NCBI GenBank assembly: GCA_013239625.1
Contig: MU053652.1
Location: forward strand, 6,129,902 to 6,193,901
Direction: 5' to 3'
DNA from: Lama guanicoe
Taxonomy: Eukaryota
Length of the DNA stretch: 64,000 bases
Shown here: piece after piece, positions 37,024 to 51,519 of the stretch
Numbering within the stretch: the first letter of the stretch is position 1
Layout of the letters: every line of letters starts with the position of its first letter
The notes under the pieces: model-generated
What the model saw: only the letters and a program-made list of their open reading frames with translations
The model's database searches: none
Told to the model about the DNA's origin: nothing
Translations under genes and position numbers: made by a program

Positions 37024-38551
37024 GGGTAGTCACATCTCCCTCAGGAAACTGTAACTGAACTCCCAGTCTGGGTCTTGTGCTGATTCTTTGTGCTTCAGTA
37101 TCTCAAGACAAGCCTTCTGCATATTGTTGTGATATTTCTTATTTCTGTATCTGTTTTATCTCATGACTAGTAAGCTCCTTGAGGATAGAGACCATGTGCC
37201 TAATACATAATTGTCACTTAAAAATGCCTGTTTATTTAAATTTGCTTGCTAAATAATGCTTCTTAATAAATAATGATGAATTCTTATTTAATAAGTGACA
37301 TAATAAAAGTACCAATTAGGAGAGTTTATCTGGTAAATGCTTTCAAAATTTCAGGTCAGAAAAGTTAACCATATTAACTTAAGAAGAATTCTGATATGTA
37401 GACAAATAAAATACATAAATCAAACTCATTTTTTTCTCCCTGTTAACATGTGGATCAAATGACACTGACAAGTTTAAAAAAAAAAAAAACACAAACATTT
37501 AGCAATAGGTCCACACAAATGCAACTTTACTTAGCTTTCCAAAAAGGGAGGTGAATATTTATATTTTTAATCACATTTGTTTTATGAAACCAAGTCTAAC
37601 TTGTTAAGGCTATTGTTGCAAATTTGGTTCCATAGAAATCTGTGCTAGAGTTTTTAAGGAAATAAAAAAAAATCAGATTGGTTTGGAATAAGGTTACCAT
37701 AACATGTTTTTAAAATCATGGCGCTACTTTTTAAGTAATGAGTGAATTATATTTAATTTCTTGTTTGGATTGAATATAGTCTTTAAATGGTAGTTAATTT
37801 GAAAATGAGGGCAGTCTCTAACAAGATGCTCATTGCCTTGCAACGGCCAACTTTAAATGTATCTGGACACAAGAAACCCATCTGAGTACAGGAATGACAG
37901 TCAAGAACTTATTACTAATATTTGTGCACATTAATGCTGTTGAAATATCATGTTTTGAACTACAGGAACTTGTTTGATTGCTTTTCCAGATGTCCTTCCA
38001 TTTCAGCTACTTCCTTCATCATCATGGGTCTGTAAGCTACTGCCTGGGTTGGGCTTGGACAGCTTTTTTGGCCAAGGGCTGCCCGCAGTTGCTCCATCAT
38101 TGGGGTAACCAGCTGTTACTTATTTAAAGCCTCCATCATTTCGGGTGACAGAATAACTTAATTATGCCCTGCTTGGGAGATGTTAAATGAAATTATCTTC
38201 AAAACAAGTGCACTTCACTGCATATTTTCCTCCATCAAGTATTTGAACTGTGACATTTACATCACAAGCACTAAGTAACTAAATGCTTTATAAATTGAGG
38301 CCTTCTTGTAGGGTAATTATCGTTGGGGCAGAGCGCGCGCTAAAGTACCTGAGATAGAAACTGTGGTGGCTGGTGCTCAGGTCTGGATGAAATGGCTTTG
38401 GAAAAATGAAAATCTGATAAACAGATAATGAGCTGTAGTTCTCTATACTCTGGACCAAATTTTGTCTTTCCGCTTTTGGATAAGGTCACATTAGTGGTTG
38501 TTGTAATCCCTTCAGTGGATCACAAAATCTCTTTATTGGGTCATGATCAGC

Positions 38552-38584
<33 letters not shown>

Positions 38585-38889
38585 AGACTAGGGGAGGGAG
38601 GAAGGAAGGAAGGGAATGAATGTAAGAGTGTGTAGTGGGTGCAAGGGGTAATTTCTGTCTCATGAAATTTTAATTTTAGTTATATGTACACATTGTACAT
38701 CTTGGATCAAAAACAAATTGTTTTCTTACTGTAAGCCCTTGTCAAAAATTGGAAAAGCAAAGTCCTGAGATTAATTGCCATATAAAAATTTTATAGAGGT
38801 TACCAAAATCCTCTGTTCTGAGATTAAACTCCTAAGCACATTTGCAATCTCACAAATGTCTGCCCTTGGTCAAGTTCCCCTTCCCCAAC

Positions 38890-39745
38890 TTTAAAAAAAA
38901 CAAAATTTATTGTGACAAAATACGTACAATGTAAAATTTATCATTTGAACCATTTTAAGAGAATAGTTCAGTGATATTGAGTACATTCATATTGTTGTGC
39001 AATCATCACCATCATCCATCTCTGTAGCTCTTTCCATCGTGCAAAATGAAGCTCTATACCTGTTAAACAGTAATTCCCCATTCCACTCTCCCCTCGCCTA
39101 GTTCCCAGCAATCATAATTGTTCTTTCTGTCTCTATGACTTTTACAACTCTAAGTACCTCATGTAAGTGGAATCATAATATATATTTTTGTGACTGGTTG
39201 AATTCACTTAGCATAGTGTTCAAACTTTCATCAGTGTTGTAGCATATGTAAGAATCTCTTTCCTTTTTAAGGCTGGGTAATATTCCACTGTATGAATATA
39301 TCACATTTTCCTTATGCATTCATCTGTTGATGAACACAAGGGCTGCTTCCATGTTTTAGCTAATATGAATAATGCTGCTATTTCCATAGGGATACAAATA
39401 TCACTCCGAGATTTGCTTTCAGTTCTTTTGGGTGTATACTCAGAAATGGAATTGGTGGATTGATTATTTGGTAATTCTCTTTTTAATTTTTTGAGGGACT
39501 GCTATTGTTTTCCACATCAGCTATACCATTTAACATTCCCACCAACAGTACACAAAGGTTTCAGTTTCTCCACATCCTTGCTAACACATGCTGTTTTCTC
39601 TTTTCTTGATAGTAGCCATTCTAATGGGTATGAGGTGGTATCTCATTCTGGTTTTGATTTGCATTTCTCTAATGATTAGTGATGGTGAGCATCTTTTCAC
39701 ATGCTTATTAACCATTTGTACATCTTCCTTGGAAAACTATTCATT
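38890..39745 (-). mobile_element. Old L1M (L1MB-like) 3' region
   Basis: TTTATTGTGACAAAATAC...CCATTTTAAG...ATTCCCACCAACAGTACACAAAGGTT...GTTTTGATTTGCATTTCTCTAATGATTAGTGATG. Confidence 0.85.
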
Positions 39746-39769
39746 CCTTTACTTTGTTTGCTTGTTTGT

Positions 39770-41390
39770 TCTTTCCCTAACTTTCAATCTGAAATACTTT
39801 TAGACTTACAGGAGAGTTGTAAAAGTAGTTCATAGTGTTCCCATATGCCCTTCCCTAATTTCTTCTTATGTTAACATCTTAAATAACTGTGGTAAAATGA
39901 TTGAATTGAATAAATTAATATACTAAGTAAACTACCAACTTTATTCAGATTTCAACAGTTTTTCACTAATACCTATTTTGTGCCCAGCATCTAACCCAGG
40001 ATCCCACTCTGTCCTTAGCTGTCATGCTTCCTTAATCTCTTTTTTAAAATTAAAAAAATTATTGAGATATAGTTGATTTACAATATTATATAGGTTTTAA
40101 ATCTGCAACACAGTGATACACAGTCTTAAAAGGTTATGTTCCAATTATAGTTGTTATAAAATATTAGCTGTACTCCCCGTGCTGTACAATGTATCCTTGT
40201 AGCGTATTTATTTTATACATAATAGTTTGTACCTCTTAATCCCCTACCCATGTATTATCCCTCTTCACTTCCCTCTGTCCACTGGCAACCATTAGTTTGA
40301 TGTATATATCTTTGAGTCTGTTTCTTTTTTGTTATGTTCACTAGTTTTATTTTTTAGATTCCACATATAAGTGATATCATATGGTATTGGTCTTTCTCTG
40401 TCTGACTTATTTCACTTAGCATGCTATCCTCCAAGTCTATCCACATTTTGACAAATGGCAAAAAAAAATTTTATGGCTGAGTAGTATTTCATTATATATG
40501 TATGTGTCTATCTATCTATCTACCTATCTATCTCACATCTTCTTTATCCATTTGTATGTTGATGGATACTTAGGTTTCTTCCATATCTTGGCTATTGTAA
40601 ATAATGCTGCAATGAACATTAGGGTGTATGTATTTTTTCCAATTAGTGTTTTCATTTCTTTTGGATATATGCCCAGGAGTGATACTGCCAGATCTTATGG
40701 TAGTTCTACTTTTAGTTTTTTTTTTTTGAAATCTCCATACTATTTTCCACAGTAGCTGTACCAATTTACATTCCCACCAACAGTATGCAAGGGTTTCCTC
40801 TCAATCTGTGATCTTTCCTTAGGATTTTTTCAACTTTTATGACCTTGAGAATTTCGAATAATACTTGTCAGTTACTTGTAGCTCTTGTAGACATTATGTA
40901 AAATATCCTTCACTTTTCTCTTGACTATATTGAATTTATGTATCACTGGAAAGATGATCACACAGGTCATATGTCTTTATCATTGCATTATATGATAGAT
41001 ATGATGTCTTAGGTAATACGTAGAAATATGTAGTAATATGTCTTACCACTGCTGAGTTAACCTTGATCATCTGACTAAAGCGTTTTCTTCCAGGTTTTCC
41101 CACTGTAAAGTTTTAATTTTTCCCCAGTGTAATTAATTACTCTTTATTTGGGGTAGATACTTTTCTTAGTTTTCTTAAACACATATTTGCATAGTCTCAA
41201 GGTATCTCCCCAAATGAATATTTAGCATTGACGACTGGATGTTGCCTATGGTGATTACTACTGTGATGATCTAAAGATGAATGTCTATTTCCCTCATTCC
41301 TTCTCCATTCATTAACTGGAATTCTTCTTTAAAGAAGACCTATCCTTTCTCCTCCATTTATTTATTTATTCAGAAATTTATATCTATCCT
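39770..41390 (-). mobile_element. Old L1MC/ME-like 3' region, interrupted by a younger L1
   Basis: TTTAGACTTACAGGAGAGTTGTAAAAGTAG... resumes after 40800 with TTATGACCTTGAG...CCAGGTTTTCCCACTGTAAAG. Confidence 0.65.
40040..40797 (-). mobile_element. Artiodactyl-type L1 3' end nested in the older L1
   Basis: TTGAGATATAGTTGATTTACAATATTA...AGATTCCACATATAAGTGATATCATATGGTATT...TTTACATTCCCACCAACAGT. Confidence 0.85.
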
Positions 41391-42384
41391 CAGGGTTCGT
41401 GCTCTTTTCCACTGTACTGTACAGCTACATACTATTAGCTGGAATATGATAATGAGAGAAACAATGATTTTCAATGGGTATTTTGTGATTGATACCATGA
41501 CTGAGAATGCTTAACAAAGGTAGTTCCTCCCCCACCCCCTTGCAGTTTGTTCTTGATGCCTCATGGTTTCTGATGCCTCACAGATCCAAAAGGGCTTGGA
41601 TGGGAGGGAGGAGAGGTGACAGGGCAGAACAGGTCTTCCTGGACTGGTACTTCCTACTCTCCGAGCTGACTCATTTCTCACTGGGCATGTACGTGGAATC
41701 TTCAGAGCTCCGCATCCCTGGAAACGTCTCTATCTGACCTTATGTCACGAGAGATGCCTTTTCAGCCAACTACCACAACTACTTGGTAGGCAGCTTAACT
41801 GTGGGCAGGCATCCTCTGTGGAGATGTTCTCGAATCCCGTTTCTTCCCTGGGCATCCCTTTAGGACAAAATACCTTTAAGGAGACTCCAGAGAAATTTGC
41901 TTTCTCTCTCCAATCTTTCTTCTGTCTCTTTGCCCACATCTGGCTCACACATGAAAAAATGTACTCCCCACTTTACCTGGTAGGAGTTTAATGTCTCTCA
42001 TTCTAAACTTTGTCTCTGGTGTCAAAGGCCAATTCAGTCATCCCTTTGCCCTTTGGGTGGCAGGCACAACTCTTCTGTGTCTCCAAAATTGCAAGAGAAG
42101 CCATTTTTCTGTGTAGTCTCCTACACTAGTCTTACAGGAGAGGTAAAACCCTCCTCTAGAAAGCCAGGAGGGACAAAGCTACAGAAGTGGAAGAAAATTC
42201 TCCAAGGAAATTTTCTATCCAACCTCTAGTCTATCTCTGGGCCTCCTTAAACTCCTTCTGAGGATGAAGATGGGTGGTCAGCTAAGTATTAAAGATATAT
42301 ACAATTTTTCAATACCTCCTTTACAAATTCTGTTTAGTTGGCGATCTGTGCTTTGCTTTGGAATGTGGAGATAGAATATTCCAA

Positions 42385-43620
42385 ATTGTCCTAGTAAAGC
42401 AGCTGAAATGGATTGGGCTTATTCAATGTGTCAAATGTTGTTGAGACATAAATCAAGTCAGAAGTGAGAAATGGTCATTTGGATTTGGCAACATGGAGGT
42501 GAACTTAATGAAAACCACTTTCAGAAAGCCTGATTGGAGAGACTGAGACCGAAACAAGTGGATTCAGCTAATAGAGATGATTTCACTGAATTTTACCACA
42601 AAATGATGAAAATGCGTATTTTTTTAATGTTTGGAAATTAGGGATTCACAGAACAAGTGTCATAAAATGGGATATGATGGCCTGTTCTATTATGATAAGA
42701 TCATCCAGTAGAAAAGGGAAAATTGATAATGTAGGTGAGAGAAGGGAAGTCCTCAGATGGGATGAAAGAGAAGGAAGTGGAATCACGCCCAGGCAGTGTG
42801 CTGGCCTGGGATAGTAACCAGAGAAAAGACAGAAATGATTATTGCAGAAGCCGGTAGGTTACGGAAGATAGTAGAGAAGTGCGTGAAAGTTCTCTAATTG
42901 TCTTTTCTGTTTTCTCAGTGAAATAACAACTAGTTTTCAGACAGAAGTGAGGAGAAGAGTGGGTATTGCAGTTTTGAGGAAAGGTGTGTGAATTGGTCAT
43001 GTTCTTGAAGAACTGAGGAAGACAGTCTCATAGAATTGAAGGCTGATTGAGACAAAGTTGAGGCTTATTACTAACAATTTTAAATGAGGCTAGTTTACAA
43101 CAAGCTCAGTCTTAGCTTTCCAATGTGTACAGACATAGAAACAGTAGTGAGTTATGCTTAAACAGAGTTGGAATTATATTTTTGGGACACAAGCAGTGAC
43201 AGGAGAGAGGAACAGAGAAGTAGAGGGTATTTTCAAAGCAATGATCTTAATGATAGACAATGAAATCTAAGACAGATAATGGAAGGAATAGAGGAATAAG
43301 AGAGGACTTAAGCACTGGTGTTTTGGAGGAAATTGTAAGGCTGAAGAATTATTGACATTGGTACTGAAAGGAATAGACTTGAAAGAGTAGCCTTATCAGA
43401 GCTTAGGATGCTTGAAGTTGAGACTTTGGCAGGGGCCAGTTATTGTTAAAACAAATGGGGTGCAGGGCACGTGGCAAGTGAAGAATGCAAGAAATGAAGA
43501 ATGCAAGAAATCGAGACGCCATGGAACTGGATGAATCATCATTGTAGATGGTGATAGCAGCAAGAATCAGGGAATAGAGAGAGAAATAATTAGGCTGATG
43601 AATCTCCAATCCTATATACA
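42385..43620 (-). mobile_element. L2 LINE including an endonuclease-domain remnant
   Basis: ATTTGGATTTGGCAACATGGAGGT L2 signature; minus ORF 43403-43621 ILAAITIYNDDSSSSMASRFLAF resembles L2 ILGDFNIHVDDPSNTLASQFLDL. Confidence 0.75.
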
Positions 43621-44259
43621 AGGTACGCTGTCTTTTTTCTTGTTACTCAGCATTTTAATTTTATTTGCATCTGTTGTCTCTCGTAGGCAAGTGACAAGGG
43701 CAGATATTGAAATTTTATGGTCAACACCACATATCTAAAATGTCCTACAGCACTTTATGGTCTTTATGGTTTATGAGGCAATTTCACATGCATTATCTCA
43801 TTTTATTTTCACAGTTATCTAGTGAGGCAATTAGAGATGGCATTGTTATAACAGTTTTGTAGATGAGGAAATTGGAGTTTGATGATATTAAATCATTTGC
43901 CAAAGTTGGTATGGCTAGGAAATGACAGTGTTTTTTTCACGAGAACATATCCCAGATGGATATGCTGGAGAATGGTAAATGGAAGAAATTTATTAAGTGT
44001 CAAAACTATTCTTTGATGTTTTTTATAAAAGTCTTGTCTTTGCATGACCATTTTAATGCAGTGGGTACTTATGATAAGAATATGTATTCTTTTTAAATTA
44101 TAAAACACATTTTAGTTTAGTTACAGAATATATTTTCATATTTTTTCTCTCCTGTCCTTAAATACTAAGTGTTTTTATTTTTAAAGAACATATAGTCGTT
44201 CTTTAGATGCCTTAGTCATTGTAAGGCCATATGTTATTAAGAATATACATGTTATTTAA

Positions 44260-45840
44260 AAGGTGCTAGACTAACTGTTCTTATGAATATCGATATAAAA
44301 GAGTAAATAAAATACTGGGAGCAACAATTCAACAGAACATTAAAACTTTCAAAATGAGAAGATAATAAATATATCAGAATATCCAATTAACTGGTCAAAT
44401 CATAAAAACCTTGTGATCCTATCAGTGGATTATGAAAAAAAAAACTATGAAACTTTCAAAATCTGTTCTTTTTTAAAAGAAAAAAAGTCTTTGAGAAAAC
44501 TAATAATAAAGATATGCTCCCATTTTATAATGAAGCACATAGATCTTAAACAAAAAGCTAGAATCATTCATAATGATGAGATTCTACAGGCAATCTTTAC
44601 AAAGTCAGCAACAAAATAAGGGTGATTATTCTCATCTATCTTATTTAGACTTTTTTTTAGAAATTTAGGGTAATGCAATTAGACATTAAACAGAACTGAG
44701 AGCTCTAGTTCTGGACAAGGAAGAGTAAAAATATCTTTTTTTCCCTCAACCATCATATCCTTAGAATATCAAAAGACATCAAATAAGTGCATCTTACATT
44801 AATAAGAAATTTTAGGGCACAAAACAATGATATTATGAGTAACAAAAAAAAATCAGCATCTTTCTTGTATCCTACCAATAACCAATCAGAAAATGTAAGA
44901 AAAAAGTACCCCATTTATAATAGGACCTTAAGTCCCAAGAATAATTCTAACAAGAAACTGTAGTACCTATTTTAAGAAAACTATAGGACTCCACTGAAAG
45001 ACTGAAAAAAGCAAGATTTGAACAAATAAAGTATGTATTGTGTAGACAGGAAGAAAAAGTACAAAATTGCAGTTCTTAACTGAAATTCATTAAAGTCAAT
45101 ATCCATTTATAACTAAAGAAGCATTATTATCAAAATAAGAATAGAAAAGAACCACACTAATCTGATGAATAGTTCAGAAAAGGCGGCAAGTATATACTTA
45201 AGTTGAATTATGGAAAATTCTCTCTCTGAATTTGGGAAAACAACGCAAGTGCCCACTATCAGTTATTCACTATCGTACTGGTGTTTCTATCCAGTGCAAG
45301 ATAAGAAGAAAGACAAATAAACGGCATAAAATTTAAAAAGGGAAAAAAAACCAGCTCTCATTATTCACAGATATCAGAGGTACTCCAACAGAAACTACGG
45401 ATATTTCTTAGAATTAATAAGTAAATTGGACAAGGTGAATTTGTATACAAGATCAAAATATAAACTTAATTTCTGTATAGAAGCAATGGATTATTATAAA
45501 ATGAAATTTTAAGAAGAAACCATTTATGATAACATATCAAATACCTAGAAATAAAACTGACAAATAAATACAACCTCTACATTGAAACTACAAAATAATA
45601 TACAAGTATATTAAAGAGGATCTAAAGAAATTGAAATACACATATATATAACATTCCTGGATGGAAAGACTCAATTTTGTAAAGATATTGCATCCCCAAA
45701 TTGATCTATGCATTAACGCAATCTCAATCAAAATCCCAGTAAGGGTGTGTGCACATGTGTGTGTGCACACGTAGTTGTATGTGGTGTGTTTGTATGAAAA
45801 TTGATACGGATTTTAAAGGACCAAGAATATCGAAGGCTAA
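44260..45840 (+). mobile_element. Old L1 ORF2 fragments
   Basis: A-rich L1 ORF2-like sequence, e.g. TTCCTGGATGGAAAGACTCAATTTTGTAAAGATATTGCATCCCCAAATTGATCTAT...CAATCAAAATCCCAG. Confidence 0.75.
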
Positions 45841-48309
45841 CCGTCTAGGGAGCTGTCATCTATCTGGCTACCATCTATTTATCTGTATCTTAGGAATTGG
45901 TTCTGTTTCTTTGGTTGAATCCTTACTAATTGAATCTATAAATGTTTTTGATTAAATAAATCCATTTTTAGGAATAATTTTAAAGAAATGTTATATTTGA
46001 AGTAAAAACGCCTGAGAAAAAGATATGCATAAATATGTGGAGGAATATAAGGTATGAAGTAAGGAGGAGATTATGAGGGGCTAAAAGTTCAGACTTTGAA
46101 GCAAGGGTAGAGGGTGAAGAGGAGTGTAATTTGAGATATGTCCCAAAGTTAAAAACAAAAATCTAAATATATAAAATCAGGATACTATTTTAAGATATGT
46201 TGTCAACAGGACTGAAATTTTGCAGCTATTAAAATTAGATTAATAAACTTGGAAATTATCTAAGAGGTACTTTCAAATATCTATTGCCAAATACTTAATA
46301 TTCACATTATTCTAATTATGGAAAACATACATTCATGTAAAATACAATATACAAATATAGAGTTTATTGTATTGAATGTCATAACTGACTGTTTTTGCAA
46401 AAAATGAGTGAATGTTCCAAAATGGAAATTAGTCTCATGAGAAGATTATAATTTCCTAAAATAGAAGGAAAATACATGATAGCAATTCTATATCTTTCGG
46501 CCCACCGGAATTCATCAAAAAGTGGGTGCTGCTCAACTCTGAGTTCATATTGCCTAGTCTTGCAGTAAATGTAAATAAGCAAATAAAATAGATCAATACA
46601 TATTAATGGACTGAATGCTTACAATGTATAGTTCTTCTGAAGAAGGATATATTTTATAAAGAAATTTTTGTTGACCTTGTGAAAATATATTGATAAATTC
46701 AAATTAGCATTCAAAAGGATTGCAAAAGTAACAGTAAGCAAATACATATGTGGATAGTATATATTTGCAAAATTATTCAGTTATTATGTTTCTAAATAAA
46801 AAAATCTATGGACTTTAAAAAATTGTTTCATAATTCATTAGGATAATCCTTATATCAAAGACAAGAGTAATTCTTTATGAGGGCAATTAGCTTTATTTGT
46901 CATGTTCAAAGAATCATACCAAATCCTTCATATATCTCTAAATTTGGTTAATAAGGGATAGTGATAATGGTGAAAATGGTTTGCTTAGTTCATTTCATCT
47001 CATTTCCTCCATGGCAAGAGGTTGCCACTAAAAGCTGATCTCATTTTTATCCTTTCATTAGTTGTTTGTCTTTTAATAAAATACACACACATACACACGT
47101 GTCTGCAAAAGGAAAAAAACCTGTCTCTTTTGCTTAGGTTCTACTATTTTTTTAATTTTATAAAAGTAATTTGAACATATTTTGGAAAAAACTTTTAAAA
47201 GTAGACCAAAAAAACAGAAAGAAATAAACATCACTCATGATTCTGCCTCATATGAACAATCAGGCTTAATGTTTTGGCTCATGTCCTTCTAACTTCAGCC
47301 TTAGAGATAAATGTCTGTCTTGGGATCATAGTATAAATGTAATTCTGTCTCAACATATATTATTCTTTAAATTGTGTCATTCCCATGTCATTAAAACTTT
47401 TTTATAAATACCATTATGGCAGTACCATTATTTATGTATTCATTCTATTTTTGGCCACTAGGTCAAGCTAATTTTAAATTTTTTAATAAGTAATTCCTGA
47501 TGAACATCTTCGTAAATAAACATCCATCCGCATATCTGATTTTTTATTTATTTTAAATAGAATGTTTTCCTAATGAGAAACTGCAGGCTTGAATAACAAA
47601 TAAGGTTCACTAACACTTTCTACTTTTCCTCATATTTTAAGCATTGATGGCAGTATGTTTTCTTAGCAAGGAAAGGACAAATTTACCTTAATTAATTATC
47701 AGTTCTCTCTTATATTCTTCCCTTGAGTCCAGTGATTTTTTAAATGCTTTCAAAAAGCCCCGTTCATAATAAACACTATCTTAGGTTTTTAGAAAGTCTC
47801 CTCCCCTCTGGTTCTCAATTTTTGGTTTCCCCCAGTCTCTAAGAGAAGAGTCTTACTCTCCCCACCCTGACTAGGGTTTTCTGAGTGCCTCCCCAGATCA
47901 TGGTCTCAGCCAGGACGACCAGATCTTGTTTTCTGATTACCTCTTTGGCTTGGTTGTCTTGTTTATCACAATTATTAACACTTCATGAAAGCAAGATGTT
48001 CCTAAATTACCTCTTATATTTCACAGAAAAGCTGGAGGCAGAAATATTTGAGGGATGTTATCAATACTAAATAATATTAACACTCAAAGGTACTCCCCAA
48101 ACTTTTTTATATGTTATTCACAATCAACCCAGCTAGTTCATCAGATTAGGAAAGTTTTTCCTATTTTCTATACGAGAGGAAGAGACATAGAAGTTAATTT
48201 ATTGGCCTGGAGTTACCATGTTCAGGGATGGCAAAGTCAAGCATTTAGCACTGGCTTTCTGACTCTCTCATTAAAATGAGCTTTCAATTGCATAAAATTG
48301 TCTCCATAA

Positions 48310-48722
48310 TGTATTAGTCAGATTTTACTAGTGGTGCTGCTGTAAATGAGCAACACAAAAATCAGTGGTTTGCAAAAACGGCAATGCTTTATTTCTTGCC
48401 TGTATTGAAAGTCAGGGATTACAGTTGCCTTGCTGAAGGACAGCCTCCATCTGAAGGATACCGTTCTCTTGGCCAAGAGGAGGAGCAAGGACTAACCACT
48501 CAGTGATGCTTGCTGTTTTTTCTTAAGCCTGGTGCACATTATATCTGTTCACAGCTCATTGTTTACAACATATCACATGATGAACCTTGGTGAGGGTGGG
48601 ATGGAGAAGAAAGCCTTCCCCAAGGAGTGGCTCTGGAAATCCTCTAACAATGGACAAAGATATGTAATCATATTATAGGGAAAGGCAGAGTAAATAATTG
48701 AGGGCAATAATGTCATATACAA
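48310..48722 (-). mobile_element. Old MaLR LTR (MLT1-like)
   Basis: TGTATTAGTCAG...GCTGCTGTAAATGAGCAACACAAAAATCAGTGGTTTG...GCTTTATTTCTTG. Confidence 0.65.
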
Positions 48723-50949
48723 CAGAAATTCATTAGTTGAAAAGGATACAGGGTAAGGTCTTTGCAGGAAAAACAAAATATAAATATTCAAAGATTTCAT
48801 AAAAATTCAAAGAACTCAAAGTTTACTATGTGAGAGAGGAGTTCTCAATGATAATTCTGTAGCTTAATTTTTTTTCCTTACATGTTCAGAGGTTGGGGAT
48901 ATTTGTTTCCAGTGATAAAGAAGTTGGTTAGAGGCAGTGTCGGATATGACACTCGCTAAGGGAAAGAGGTCAAAAGAGAAAGCTGTACATCAGGAACAAA
49001 TGCTAAGCTGCTGACTTCAGGATTTCAGACTATTAATTTGACAGCCCAACTTCCTTTCAGGAGCACTGAATTACATAGGCTTCCTTTTCTACAAACTCCA
49101 TCAGGTACTGAAACCTATATAAAGGGCCTAAAATGATTCTTCTTTGAAAATGTAATAGAAAACCCAGCTTGGTTCCTTCTTTCTCCAACCTAAGAGTGAG
49201 GTCACTGAACCTATGAATAAATTTAACGTCTTGGGATTATATTTGCTAGACTAGACACTTTGTAAGAGCATAGTAATTATATGGACGAGGTCAGTCGTTA
49301 CAGTCTGCATGAAAATCGTACTTTCGTTTTTCTGCCGTAGCGATAGACGTTATCCTTCACCCTGCTCAGCCATCCCACATTCATCAGAGGGGCTGAGGAA
49401 CCCGTTGTGCAGTACAAGTCCACCACCTGTAGAAAAATAATTCAAAGTATACGATCTGAGTACACCATTTTATTTCCCAGTCACATGATGGTCTGAGACT
49501 GTTTCTGGTTTGACTGGCTGCTCTCCTCCATGCAGTGATTCAGGATCCCTATTTCTTCTGTCTTATAGTTTTGCCATCCTCATTGTCATAAATACCCAGT
49601 CATAAAAAGGGGAAATATTTCTTGATTTCTTGTAATAAATTCTGTAAAACACCTTTTTGACATTTGTCATTTTTGTTCACATTATATTGGTTGAAAACCA
49701 GTCAAACAGCCACCTTAGCTCTCATCACAGTAGCCCCTGACTGGTGAGGCACCGCCACCAGAAATGATTCCTTACAACGAAAGGAGGGGCACCCATCCTG
49801 ATACCGCTGCCACACCCATTTCCCAATTAAAGATGTCTGGGTTTTTTTATCATAATTTTCTCCTTGATGAGCTGTTACATTTATAACTTTGCACTTCAGT
49901 TGCTTGGTAAAAGTAATGAAAAAAAACAAGAACTTTTTTTCCCATAACATTAAAATAAAGCGTACACAATGCCATTTCCTCCATGGCAATTAAAAGTTCC
50001 ACTTGGGCGCAGTTATTCTGAAGACTGAAGCATCAATAGTTCGAATATACTTGGAACTCAATCTATCAGGTTTACCAGTGGAATAATTTATCCACATAAT
50101 TCTCTACTCCTACTCTTAGGAAAACAGTTTTAATAATAGCATCCAGATGGTCCTCCAATTTAAGAATACTTTATGTTCTAAAACTCTGTTTATAAATTGA
50201 TTCGTGGCCTTTGAGATACGATTTTATACGTATAGTATTACACATGGCGATTATCTTTATACCATCCACTGAGAGCCTGTTTAACCCGTCACCTAATTTA
50301 GATTACAGGACCTTTGCAATAAAAACTGCAGTAAGTACTGTTGTTGCGATGTTGGTTATTAACATAAAAACTTAGAAGTGAAAAGTCATTTTCTGAATAT
50401 AAAATATTTAATTAAAAATGTTGACACTGTAATGTATAAAACAGCTGTTATAACTGCACAGACTTTGATAATAGCTAGGTTTACTTTTTTATTATTTAGG
50501 AAAATGCAGTTTACACTATTTAATACTTACATTTTCACACTTAGAAAAGCCCAGATTTCACCACAGTGAAGTACGGTCTAAGTTAACAGCCCCAATTTAA
50601 AAATACTGGGAACAAGTCACGACCACTTCCATTTCCAAAGATCCGTGTATGCATCTACATTAATTCTGGCACCTTGATAGGCTGCCTGGTAAGCTATTTC
50701 CATATGGAAACATGCATTATGAATAATGAGAAATAAACATCCCTCCTGGATATTAGCTATTTGTCACTCGTGGGCAACAATGCTCACGTCGCTGAAGCCT
50801 GTGAACATAACTCCCTAGTTATTATAAGTGGAAAGTGGAATGACTTAGAGGAGAATACAAGATAATGTAAATAATCTCTTATCAAAAAACAAAAAATTGA
50901 ATCAAAAATATTTTACAGAACTTATAACAAGAAATGAAAACAATATTTA

Positions 50950-51500
50950 AGATCCATGCTATAATCATGAAAGATGAGATGTAGCAAAGGACAGCACAGA
51001 ACATGAGGAAGTTAGGGAAATGGTAGGTCAGGGGACTGGAGCAATCACGTACACAGATGTAGAATTCATCCAAAATAAGCACATCGCTTGGAACAGAGAG
51101 CAAGACTATGATGACCCGGGGCCAGAACATCCGATGCATTAGGGCAAATGACGGCAGAGAGAGCAACGAGGAGGGAGTAGGCATAGCTGAATGTTGTGAT
51201 GTTTTAAAAGACAGGCTATTGAGGCAAAGGATGCATCCGTAATGATCCACAGGCAGCAAAGGGGAGTAAGGAATGCCCCATCTTTATCACCTTCCCTGAG
51301 GAATGTGGATTCAGAGAATAAAAACAACCATCACATAAGAGCCTGGAGGGAAATACTTATAGGAGGAGAGAAGTTTCTAGTTGAGACCACAGGGTGGAGG
51401 CAGGAAGAAGAGGCGGGGCATTTAGAGGAGTTTGCTGTGGAACAGGAGTCACAAAGCACCCTAAAACTGGTTTATAGGTGAGGGAAAGGCAATGAGCTGA
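50950..51500 (-). mobile_element. L2 LINE endonuclease-region remnant
   Basis: Minus ORF 50882-51259 contains VLILDEFYICVRDCSSPLTYHFPNFL, resembling L2 IILGDFNIHVDDPSNTLASQFLDLL. Confidence 0.7.
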
Positions 51501-51519
51501 GTGAGTTCAGGAAAATTCA

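Noticed and set aside
43479..43511. 16-bp tandem duplication (TGAAGAATGCAAGAAA x2)
   Set aside because: An ordinary slippage duplication inside a decayed L2.
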